64,000 bases of DNA, from the NCBI RefSeq assembly GCF_001194135.2, contig NC_068985.1, positions 7,865,390-7,929,389 on the forward strand, given 5' to 3'. The notes under the pieces were generated by a model, which was given only the letters and a program-made list of their open reading frames with translations, ran no database searches and had not been told where the DNA came from. Below, piece after piece: positions 52,078-61,929 of the stretch. The DNA is from Octopus bimaculoides. Taxonomy: Eukaryota. Position numbers and translations under genes: made by a program. Position 1 is the stretch's first letter, and every line of letters starts with the position of its first letter.

Positions 52078-55000
52078 ACTTACTAGATGAATCTTGTCTG
52101 GAAGGAACAAGAGAAGCTATTTCTAAGTCAATTTCTGACAGTGGCATTCAGACAACATCTGGAAACAGTAGCTCAATGGAGTGTTCTACTTCAACTACAG
52201 TTTCTTCTAATATTGTTGACTTGTTGCCAAAGGAAAATTGTAACCAACAGACATCGACATTTTCTGTTAAAGAGGAACCGAAGAAAACACCTCTGTCTAC
52301 AAGTGAAATAGAGACTGGAAAGCCATCAGAACTTGTAAGATCAAAGTCAACCATGTTTAATACTTCTAATGTCACGAATGTTGTAACTTCTTGTCCAACT
52401 CCTATAGTGATGACTACGCCACATAACACACTTGTTAACACCAGTCATGCTGAAATTTCTGCTGTTAGTGGCCGACATTCACACAAAAAACACAAAAAGC
52501 ACAAACGAAAGCGTCACAAGGAAGAGAACAGACAGAACCATGGGGAAATTGAGGAGGAGGAGGATGTTGATGGAAGATCACCAAGAAAGAAAAGACATAA
52601 AAAGCACAAGCATAAAAGAGAGCTACCATTTGGTGATGATCGTATCGAAGATCCTTCTGCAGCTCAGCTTTTCTGTGAAAAAGATTTAAAAATAGATTCT
52701 TCCGAGTATGAGTGGGTTGAAAGGACTAAAGAGAATTTTAGCTCTGTTGACATTTCTAGGAATAGTTTAATTTCTTCTTCCAGTCGGGAAACAGTTTCTG
52801 AATCTTCAAAGGAACTGCTCTCCAAAGGTCATACTGGTTCTCAGGCCAACCAGAAAGTTAGTAAAGAAGCCGTTGATTCGGTGTTATCACTGTTACAAGG
52901 TCCAGCTGAGCCTCCTATCTTACCACTTCCATCACACCAGAGACACATAGTAAAGAGTCAAACTACAAAGGCACTGAGGCCAGTTGTTGAAAAGGGAAAC
53001 AATGGCTGTGTAACAGAGGGTTTAACATGGTCCACAGGAGAGGGGTCCACGAAGACTTCTGTTAGCACCGTCAAGGATAATCCTGCCAAAAATAAAATTT
53101 TGAACTCTAACGAAAAATCCTTGAGCTATCCAGTTGGATGTTCAAGTGAGAAATCCGCTGGTAGTACTGCAAGCACTGTAAATAGGTTATCATCGCTTCC
53201 AAGCTCTGCTCAAATATCCAGCATGAGAACTGATGGCCATTCTAAGAGACACTTAATAGACTGCTTTTCTAAATCTCTAGATAGTTCCAATCAACCTTAC
53301 TATCACAAAAATCAGTCCTCTTCATATATGGAGAATAGAATTTCCAAGTCATCAGGAAGATCTGTATTGTCTCTTGCTGAGCGAGAGAACAAAAGCTCTG
53401 GGGTTAATGAGAAAGGGGCAATGTTGTCAGCCGAGCCCAACAGACACTCCAGAGCCAATATGGAGAGCAGGCATGCCAGACAATCTGGTAAGTTGGTTTT
53501 CTTAGCTGCGGCTGAGGTGGGTCATTTATCTTTTACTGATGGGCACCGTTCATTTTTTAATATTCCATCGCACACTTTGTATATATATATATTTTTTTTT
53601 GCCTAATATTTTGTTTCCTCCTCACTTTTTCTAAAGTAGATCTATAGTTAAGCATGATATTCCGCATAATATTCCTCCTTTCTTCCTGCAAAATGGCTAA
53701 CCCCTATAACTATGAGTGTACGTCTCTCTACTTCTCTTTACCTCTTACCCATCTCATCTCTAATCTACCCAACCATGCACACACGTGTGTTTTGTGTGTG
53801 TGTGTGTACACACACATACATATGTCTAAATATGTATGTCTACATATATATATATATACATACATATATCCAAACGTGTATGTATTCACACACACATATA
53901 TAAACGTGTATGTATACACACACAAATACATACATATATCTAAATGCGTATGTATACATTTATACATATATACATGTATGTACATACATATACATGCATA
54001 TATCTGCACACACGAATATTTATACACACGTGCAAACACACACTCACATTTGTATTCTATGAATCAGTCTGGCAGGAATAATATATCTTTAATGTACTTT
54101 GTTGTAATTTTTATTGCACATCCATGCTTTGCAAGTTAGTCTGAGTCTTAATTAGCATTTCGTATGAAAGCTAACAGATAAAGTTTAAAGGATTCAAAGT
54201 GTTAAGCTTTGCACTGGTATCTAGAATACTTAGAATAACTGGTATCGAATACTATAAAGATTTCTTCCTATGTGTTGGGTGGGTTTTGTGTGTAGATAGA
54301 AAACCTTGTCTTGATCTTGTCTTTCCTGATTTTCAGTACAGATGTTTTGTTGTAGTAGAGGTCAGATGTGGTTAGAAGCTGCTGAAATATGTACCTTGTC
54401 TTACGTTTGTTTATAGAGAATGCCAGCAGACTGTGGCTGTGTTGGCATACTGCTTTTGAAGAATTTTTGTTGAATGAATCAACCCCAGTACTTGCTTTGT
54501 TTTTCAAGTCTGCTACTTATTCCATCACTACCTTTTGCTGAATTGCTAAGTTACCGGGACACAAACACACCAACACTGGTTGTCATTTGGTGGTGGGGGA
54601 CAAACACACATGCTCACGACAAGGCTTCTTTCAGTCTCTGCCTACCAAATTCAGTCACAAAGTCTTGGTTGGCCTGTGGCTATAGTAGAAGACACTTGCC
54701 CAAGGTGCCGTGCAGTGGCACTGACACTGGCAGCTTGTGGTTAGCAAGCAAACTTCTTACGACACAGCCATGCCTACCCCTATTCAAAAATTTGGAGTAA
54801 ATGTTTAAAACTATCATTGTGCTGAAGAAGTGGAAAGTGAAATGGAAATAATGCAGTAAGTTTTGTAATGTTATAAATGACTTGTTTTAGTTCACTTAAT
54901 GCAAATTCAAACACCTCTGCAGGTGTCAATAATCGGACTCTTGTAAATCCTGTCTGGAGGAGGATGTTTTATAAAGTATGATGAAGAGTGGTTAAGAGAA

Positions 55001-56184
55001 TAGTTCAAGATATCTGAAGTGAAATAGGAATGTATGCATGCTTCATGTGCATATTTTTGGTCTGCTGAAAAGGAAGGTGAAATATGCTGTAGAAGGGGCG
55101 TAATTCTTGAAGGAAAAAAAAAGAATATAATTTTGTCAACTCATTTTTTTTTATCATTTACTTGTTTTAGTCGTAAGATTGTGGCCATGCTGGTGTATTG
55201 CCTCGAAGAATTTTTGGTCAAAAGAATCGACCCCAATATTTTTGTTTTTGAAAGCCTGGTACTTATTCTATTGATCTTTAGCTGGACTGCTAAGTTACGG
55301 GGATGTAAACACACCAAACCAATTGTCATAACAAAGATACACAGGTTTCTTCCAGTTTCCATCTACCAGATCCACTCACAAAGACACTTGCCCAACGTGC
55401 CATGCAGTGGGACTGAACATGGAACCATGTGGTTGGGAAGGAAGCTTCTTACCACACAGCCATGGAAACTTATTTAGTTTCTTATGTATTTTGATATTGC
55501 AAACAAATGTGTTGGCTAGATTTTGGTGAATATCTTGTAAGGTATGGAAATAAGTTTTCATTGAAGTTTCAGTGAAAGAGATAAGTGTTTCTGTAAGGAG
55601 TCTATGGTATTGTGACAAAAAGACTTCATTTTGGAAGTTGAATTAAGAAATTTCTGGTGTTTACTTAAGTGTTAACACTTTCGTTATGACAACATTCATA
55701 TCAAGAATTACAAGTTTGTTGTGTAAAGAATTCCATGCTTAGAACTTAAAAATTAACCAGAAGCATTTATTAAAAAGTTATCTTGGACTCTTTTTATTTG
55801 GTTTTTACGTTTTTTGTTTGTTTTATAGATAGGCTTTGTGCTGTCAGTATTTTAGTTTTTAATGATGTAACATATATATGTGACAATGTAAAAAGCACCA
55901 TCCTAATGTGGCCAATGCCAATACTCCCTGACTGGCTGGCCCCTGTACCGGTGGCATGTAAAACGCACTATCTGAACATGATAAATGCCAGGCCCGCCTG
56001 ACTGGCTCCTGTGCCGGTGGCACATAAAAAGCACCCATTACACTCTCAGAGTGGTTGGCATTAGAAAGGGCATCCAGCCATAGAAACCTTGCCAGATCAG
56101 ATTAGAGCCTGGTGCAGCTGCTGGCTCTCAAGATCTCAGTCAAATCGTCAACCCATGCTAGCATGGAAAACAGACGTTAAACGA

Positions 56185-56223
<39 letters not shown>

Positions 56224-59200
56224 CATCTGTTGCTCTTGAGCATATTGGGCTGCAAGCTTACACTCAGGTTTCTGCTGACTGCAGTTTTCTTTACATCCAC
56301 CCATGCAATATTAGCATTTCACATTTTGCTTATCAATGGTGTGTGTCATATAGTTTTTGGTCTTCCCTGAAACAGCTTTCAGATGGACACAATGGAGAGA
56401 GAATTTTTTCTCTCTCCATTGTGTCCATCTGAAAGCTGTTTTAGAATGGTATTGTTCTGATAACTATATGTCCAGCTAGTTTCAACCTTCATTCCGTGAT
56501 GATTTCACATAGTGGTCTTTTGTTGATTCCCTTTAGAATGTCTTCATTGGTTATGTGCTCTTGTCAGTATGTTCACAGAATCCATCTCGAGCATCTTTGA
56601 TGGAAGACATCTAGCTTTCTGTCTATTTTCCCCAGTGCTCGTCCATGTCTCACTGGCAGGGAGGTGTGTAAGCTGATGGTCTTGGAAGAGAAGGTAATGC
56701 ATACTCTCTGGAATGTGACTGCAGCTTAGTGTGTGCTGCGTCTCTCCCCATCAGTAATTTTATTCATTTTATTGTGGCTGCTTCCGATTATTCTCTCATT
56801 GAGACTTGAAATTTCTTTTATAAAATCATTCTCTTCAGGTTCACCATACTCTTTGACTGCCAACTACCAATTTTATTGATCTGATGAATTTATTGCGGGT
56901 GGCACATAAAAGACACCATTTCGAGCGTGGCCGTTTTCGTGCGGGTGACACGTAAAAGCACCCACTACACTCTCAGAGTGGTTGGCGTTAGGAAGGGCAT
57001 CCAGCTGTAGAAACTCTGCCAAATCAGATTGGAGCCTGGTGTTGCCATCCGGTTTCACCAGTCCTCAGTCAAATCGTCCAACCCATGCTAGCATGGAAAG
57101 CGGACGTTAAACGATGATGATGATGAAAAGGTGGAATTGATTCTGGATTTAAATATTTGAATTCTGAGCATTTATTTAGAAAGCAACTTGGCAGTTATCT
57201 CCTTGTACACCAAGATTTAATGACAAAATTCAAGTCACAATTTTTATCTCTTTTCTTAATAGCTTTTTGTTCATGTGCTACTACTATTTGAAGTGGTATG
57301 TTTTTTGAAGCAGCAGATAATTCTGTTGCTTTAGATAAGCTATCTCTATTATCATCCTTTGCAGAACAGAGAAAATAAGATTTTTCTCTCCAGTGGACGA
57401 AAAATTTATGAATTTGGTCAAGTCATGCAGGTTTGTAATGAGGGGAAAGGAAGGTGTTGAGCTGGCAAAATCGTTAGCCTGCTGGGCCAAGTGCTTAGCA
57501 GCATTTTGTTTATCTTTGCATTTCTGAGTTCACATTTTGCCGAGATCGACATTATCTTCCACAGTCAATAAAATAAGTACCAGTTGTGCAATGGGGTCGA
57601 TGTAACTGACCTAGCCCCTCCCTAAATTGCTGGCCTTGTGTCAAAATTTGAAACCAATGTGATGAGGGGAATGAAATAGTTTTACATTGAATGGCTACTA
57701 CATAAATGAAAAAAATAGTAATGAGTAATAGATTCACAAAATACTGTTAGATTAAAAAAAGAAAGAAAACTATACATCTACATTATTTGCATTAAGGACG
57801 GATATGTGTCCTCATCTTGTTTCTACCAGGGCACCTGATGAAGGCTGGAGAGTAAATCAGCTGAAATGTGGTAACAACAAACAAGATTAAGACACATATC
57901 CGTCCAATGTAAATAATGTACAGAATTCCTCACCTCTAAAATATAGAACAGTATACATCTACATTTACATCAGGCTGTAGTTTGTGTGTGTGTTATGGAC
58001 ATGGAAAAATAGGTGCTGTGAAATAGTTGTTCTGTTTATGGGTTAAGTCTTGTGTGGTTTGTCAATAACCATTTGTGCTGTTTTGGTTTATATTCTGTTT
58101 TGTTCTTCTCTTTCTACTTTAGTTGAGATTTATTCTTAAATTACCACTTACGATAATCTGTTATAGGTGATAACAATGGAGATAGATCAATAAATATAAC
58201 GAAAAAATAGCCGTAACAAATATGTTGAAATCTTCGGAATATTTGAGTCTTGATGTTTTGAGTTGAAAATTCCTTTTCTAAAGCTTTTACCCTTTTGTTA
58301 CCAGATTTCTGTTGAATACACTATCTTTATATTAAATAACTTTTAAAATAATGAAGAATTTAAGTAAAATAACTACCAGAGAAAGCAAGAGAGATATAAA
58401 TTATAAACTGTCTGCAAAATGTGCACATACTTTCTTTGATGTTTTTCAAAGCTTTTGTAAAAAAAAGTTTTTAACTTAAAATATCAAGATGAACATGTTA
58501 ACTGCCACGGCCCGTTACTAGACTTTACTGGTGATGCCATGTATTTCTGGTCACACTGCATTCTGTTTAAATACAAAGAAATGTAATTTTTCTTTTGCAT
58601 TTTCATAATTAAACTTTAATATTTTAGCACTTGCATTCACAGGGAAGCAAAGTTTTGTTGCATTAATACCAGCACTTATTCTTAACTCATTTGAGCATGC
58701 TGAATTCAAATCTGAAGTTAGTTTTTTTCTGGAAGCTCTAGATTTTATGCAATTCAACTCTTTCTCCTTTTTCTTGAAATTTGGACACTTCTCACATGGT
58801 GATATGGCCCACTGAAAAATTTATGGCCATACAGTCTTAAAATTAGACTCAAAATAACTGCCTGATGCATACATACATATATCATCATCATCATCATCAT
58901 CATCATCGTTTAACGTCCGCTTTCCATGCTGGCATGGGTTGGACGATTTGACTGAGGACTGGTGAAACCGGATGGCAACACCAGGCTCCAATCTAATTTG
59001 GCAGAGTTTCTACAGCTGGATGCCCTTCCTAACGCCAACCACTCAGAGAGTGTAGTGGGTGCTTTTACGTGTCACCCGCACGAAAACGGCCACGCTCGAA
59101 ATGGTGTCTTTTATGTGCCACCCACACAAGCCAGTCCAGGGACACTGGCAACGATCTCGCTCGATATGAAGGTGCATGGCTTAATGGTTAGGGTGTTGCA

Positions 59201-61559
59201 CTCATAATTGCGAGATTGTGGTTTTGATTCCCAGACTGGGCATTGCATTGTGGTCTTGAGCAAAATGCTTCATTTCACTTTGTTCTGTGATCATTTCGTC
59301 ATCTGACATGTGGCACATGGTTCACCTGTACAGGTAATATTAATTTGATAGAGAGAATGAGCTTATGTGAACACAAACATTTGATCACTATAAACAAGTC
59401 ATCTGTGTGGTCTAACGACAGCAGTGTCCACTATATATATAATACATGTGTGTGTGTGTGTGTGTGTATTGATTAACAAGTAGCTCTAGTCAAGAAATTT
59501 TTTGTTGCATTGATGTAAACACTTAGTATTTCCTAAATGCTCTAATTTTTTTGCAGTCAAGGTATTTCAAAATCTCAAAATGTTGTTTTCAGCACATTGA
59601 TATCCTAGTCTATTAGGAAAAAATATGTGATTAAACTCTCTTTAAATTAGCTGGGTAATAACAAAGAAAATGCAAGATAGTATTAGTTTATTCTAGAACA
59701 CAATTTGAAACACTTTCCCCAATCTGCAAAGGTTATAGTTTATATAAAACCAATTGATAAATAAGACATTAGTTACTATGAGGAGGCAAAGCTCAATTGC
59801 AGTCTCTTCATGCAGCAATTTGCGCTTGAAGCTCTTGCATTTGTGGACCACCTGAGGGCAATCTCGCTTAATGCTCTGCCATCATATGTTTGTCTCATCT
59901 TCCTTGGTAACACTCTTCCATGGTCTTGAGGTCCTGATGGAACCCCTCACCTTGTTCGTCACTTACTTCTCCTAGGTTCTGAGGGAATCTATCAAGATGA
60001 CTGTACATGAAATGGAGATTTTGTACTCATGTTACATCCAAGATTATGAAAAGCATATTAGCTACAAGAGTTTCATAGTTGTCAGCCTTTTTATTACCGA
60101 GAAAGTTTTCCATCACTGCCACAAATGAAAGCCATCCAGTCCTTTCCTTGTCATTCGTCTTTCTGGCAAATTCTTGATCATGTAGAAGTGTACGAATCTG
60201 CAGTCCATCAGACACACCTGCCTTGGTCTTCTTGAAGGAGAAAAGCAGGGAGAACAGAAACCGTTGGGAGCATTCACTATCAGTATTTAATGCTCTGACA
60301 AGTCCAACTTGATGTGGAGTGGAGGTAATTAATTTGACTGCATATTGGCTTGAATGCAAAACTTAAATTTGCATGAAAACTAGAGCATGTAGAACATGAC
60401 TGTTTTCAGATTTGAATTTAGCAGGTTAAAAACAGTAAGAATTAGTAAAAAAAATTTTTTCAAGACTTGAGATTTTGAAAAAAATTGTTGACCTGTGTTA
60501 TTTAAATATCCTCAAAACCTTGTCAAAAATACAGAATAAAATATTGTTTTCAAATTATGAAAATATACCACCCGTGATGCATATGGCAGTTGGGTGAAGT
60601 TTGTGAGGAACCACTGGTGGTTAATGTGTTAATTAAATATTTCTGAAGTAACATTTCTATACTGTTCTTATTTTTAATAATCTATTTGCATTACCATAGC
60701 CTTCTATAAAAATCTGATTTTGTATATTCTGCAGTGTCCCTAGCAAAAAACAACAACACTCCTTTTGTATTTTTGCTCAGTTTTAATGCAATTGTTTCTT
60801 CAAGTATGATGAACATTTTCCTTTCTAATAATCCACCAAGTTCAGTTTTAGCTAGTTTGATAAAGATAATTGACAACAATATTAAGGTTTATTAATTCTA
60901 ATTCAACCATAATCTTCTCTTTCTCTGGCACCTAATAACATATGATTTCCTTTCTCTTGATTTTAGATAACTAAAATAATAAGAAAATGTCTGCTTTAGA
61001 TGTTTTGTCTTTCTATTAGTCCACCTGTATTCTCTGCAATACTAGTATGCTTTTTTTCCCTGCTGCACCACCTCACTTTTTAATATTGCATCCAAAACAT
61101 TGAAAGCAAGTGACTTATTGTAAGCTTTTGTGCCAATTTCTGCACACTTTCATGTTTGTTGCTTGTTAATGTATATTCATTGCTTGTTAGCGTATTCATG
61201 GCTAACTCAATTTATATCCCACACTGAAAGCTTTGCTGTAGTGATATTTTATTTTCTATTTGAACCTAAATAAACTTTTTTACTTTATATTGGATTGAGA
61301 TAAAAAAAAAAAAATATTATGTAAATGTAAAAGCTGTTTAAAAGATCATTGGAATATATATATATTTATATATTTATTTTAATTTGAAAATGTTAAAGTA
61401 CTGGCGTTTTATTTTCTATTTGTGAAATCTGTAATTAATTTAATAAATTTAATAAAATAAGAAAGATTTAAAAAATGAAATATCAGATGCATTTCTTAAG
61501 TGTTTGCTACAAGATTTAAAAAATGGATGCTGTCTCACTTTAATTAACCTTAAATTTAA

Positions 61560-61595
<36 letters not shown>

Positions 61596-61846
61596 TCTTT
61601 GATTAAATTTCTGGTAGGTTTGCTTTTTCTATTAAATCTTTTGTTACCTTCTTTATATTTTGAAGTAAACACTGCTTTCTTCAATTATTTCAGTGCCAAG
61701 TCAACGTTGGGATAGCCATGTTCATGATGGTTACAAGCGTCCAACAAAAACACCTGATAATCATAAGTTATATTGGGACGGCTCTAAAAGTTCAAGAGTG
61801 GGTGATGAGCTTGAGAAATGTTCCAGTCGTGCTTATGGAGGACAAG
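34474..61846 (+). CDS. USP36: Ubiquitin carboxyl-terminal hydrolase 36/42-like (USP family), 14 coding exons, 3'-incomplete in window
   Basis: Spliced manually; exon phases 1,1,1,2,1,0,2,2,0,0,0,1,1,1 all compatible. Cys box [18 protein letters not shown] (Cys codon 35832-35834), QEDAHEF, His box [16 protein letters not shown] (His 43543-43545), MND (Asp 43594-43596), AYMLFY. N-terminal [12 protein letters not shown]...LKSKY and C-terminal WDG...[12 protein letters not shown] resemble USP36 as I recall it. Confidence 0.93.
35686..35916 (+). CDS. USP36: USP36-like exon 2 (Cys box)
   Basis: ttttcag|at; GDGLPTP...[32 protein letters not shown]; T|gtaagt. Confidence 0.96.
36338..36448 (+). CDS. 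USP36: USP36-like exon 3
   Basis: cttacag|gc; [37 protein letters not shown]; G|gtatgt. Confidence 0.95.
36932..37034 (+). CDS. USP36: USP36-like exon 4
   Basis: ttttacag|ta; [32 protein letters not shown]; AA|gtaatt. Confidence 0.95.
37391..37458 (+). CDS. USP36: USP36-like exon 5
   Basis: attatag|g; [22 protein letters not shown]; G|gtgagt. Confidence 0.95.
38681..39187. other. Assembly gap between TA/CA microsatellites (intron 5)
   Basis: Run of N. Confidence 0.99.
39799..39869 (+). CDS. USP36: USP36-like exon 6
   Basis: tattttag|tt; [24 protein letters not shown]; |gtaact. Confidence 0.95.
40111..40193 (+). CDS. USP36: USP36-like exon 7
   Basis: ttcacag|aat; [27 protein letters not shown]; AG|gttagt. 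Confidence 0.95.
41099..41176 (+). CDS. USP36: USP36-like exon 8
   Basis: tttttcag|g; [26 protein letters not shown]; AG|gtttgt. Confidence 0.95.
41430..42152. mobile_element. hAT-Charlie-type MITE in intron 8
   Basis: gaatggttctcaac ... ggttgacagccactg (CAGTGGTTCTCAACC-like TIRs); flanks acctagtt / atttagtt (6/8 match). Confidence 0.65.
42313..42403 (+). CDS. USP36: USP36-like exon 9
   Basis: ttttcag|a; [30 protein letters not shown]; |gtaagg. Confidence 0.95.
42977..43383. mobile_element. piggyBac-type MITE with a nested RTE-tailed SINE (~43090-43290)
   Basis: TTAA|CCCTTTAGCATT...AATGCTAAAGCA|TTAA; body interrupted by a + strand tail repeat. Confidence 0.75.
43477..43602 (+). CDS. USP36: USP36-like exon 10 (His box)
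   Basis: tctttcag|ggt; [42 protein letters not shown]; |gtaagt. Confidence 0.96.
44308..44530 (+). mobile_element. tRNA-derived SINE with Meta-like central domain (another copy ~57460-57660)
   Basis: GAGTTCAGATTC B-box-like motif; CCTTTTATCCTTTCAGGGTTGATAAATTAAGTACTAG; the Meta label is from memory. Confidence 0.7.
46081..46164 (+). CDS. USP36: USP36-like exon 11 (end of catalytic domain)
   Basis: atgtttag|gtg; [28 protein letters not shown]; |gtaagt. Confidence 0.94.
47283..47850 (-). mobile_element. RTE LINE 3' end
   Basis: Minus [16 protein letters not shown]; subrepeats as at 30.3-30.6 kb; (GAT)n tail. Confidence 0.8.
48502..48746 (-). mobile_element. Young RTE-tailed repeat (intron 11)
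   Basis: 6 mismatches over ~220 nt versus the reverse complement of 56897-57116. Confidence 0.9.
49457..49523 (+). CDS. USP36: USP36-like exon 12
   Basis: tttttcag|gga; [22 protein letters not shown]; A|gtaagt; phase 0 in, phase 1 out fits both neighbours. Confidence 0.85.
50971..53487 (+). CDS. USP36: USP36-like exon 13, 2517-nt low-complexity S/T/N/K-rich region
   Basis: Within the stop-free ORF 50925-53606; acceptor ttacttccag|gg in phase 1 (an in-frame alternative AG lies 9 nt downstream); donor TCTG|gtaagt; basic H/K/R clusters. Confidence 0.88.
51960..52079 (+). repeat. Coding (AGT)8(AAT)12 AGT (AAT)6(AGT)12 AAC tract
   Basis: Encodes S8 N12 S N6 S12 N. Confidence 0.97.
55920..56190 (+). 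mobile_element. RTE-tailed repeat (intron 13)
   Basis: GGCTCCTGTGCCGGTGGCAC units, AGAAAGGGCATCCAGCC, ACGTTAAACGATGAT tail. Confidence 0.85.
56225..56810 (-). mobile_element. Decayed RTE-type LINE RT C-terminal fragment containing a foldback duplication
   Basis: Minus frames ETWTSTG; [31 protein letters not shown]; KTAFRWTQ...QGRPK. Confidence 0.75.
56897..57126 (+). mobile_element. Young RTE-tailed repeat (intron 13)
   Basis: 3 mismatches over ~224 nt versus the reverse complement of 58881-59123. Confidence 0.9.
57785..57951 (+). mobile_element. Short Penelope-type element with a degenerate hammerhead motif and 14-bp TSD
   Basis: TSD TATACATCTACATT at 57771-57784 and 57952-57965; CAC CUGAUGA A GGCUG..CAGCU GAAA; ~40-bp imperfect inverted arms; homologous to 26709-26835. 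Confidence 0.72.
58881..59164 (-). mobile_element. Young RTE-tailed repeat (intron 13)
   Basis: Inverted partner of 56897-57126. Confidence 0.9.
59165..59420 (+). mobile_element. tRNA/CORE-type SINE
   Basis: TGGCTTAATGG, TTTGATTCC, GTGGTCTTGAGCAAAATGCTT. Confidence 0.65.
59467..60497 (-). mobile_element. Internally deleted DNA transposon, probably Chapaev3 (CMC); ends tentative
   Basis: [10 protein letters not shown]; [11 protein letters not shown]; [20 protein letters not shown]; [34 protein letters not shown]; terminus CACAGGTCAACAA on the minus strand at 60497. Confidence 0.7.
61694..61846 (+). CDS. USP36: USP36-like exon 14
   Basis: attatttcag|tg; [14 protein letters not shown]...[26 protein letters not shown]; G|gttaga; resembles recalled human USP36 SWNGERESDVVQELLKYSSDKAYG. 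Confidence 0.85.
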
Positions 61847-61929
61847 GTTAGATTATTTTTTATTTGTCTTCAGCATTCAGTTTACTGTATATGTGTAATG
61901 CTTATTTATATTCTCATTATTTTGAATTA

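Noticed and set aside
51776-52147. Antisense poly-Leu ORF (123 aa)
   Set aside because: It is only the reverse complement of the AGT/AAT tract; no independent coding evidence.
50925-53606. 893-aa ORF as a standalone single-exon gene
   Set aside because: The first 15 and last ~39 codons lie outside good splice sites, and the phases tie it to USP36 exons 12 and 14.
53654-54139. 161-aa Y/I/H/T-rich ORF
   Set aside because: Translation of a degenerate TA/CA microsatellite.
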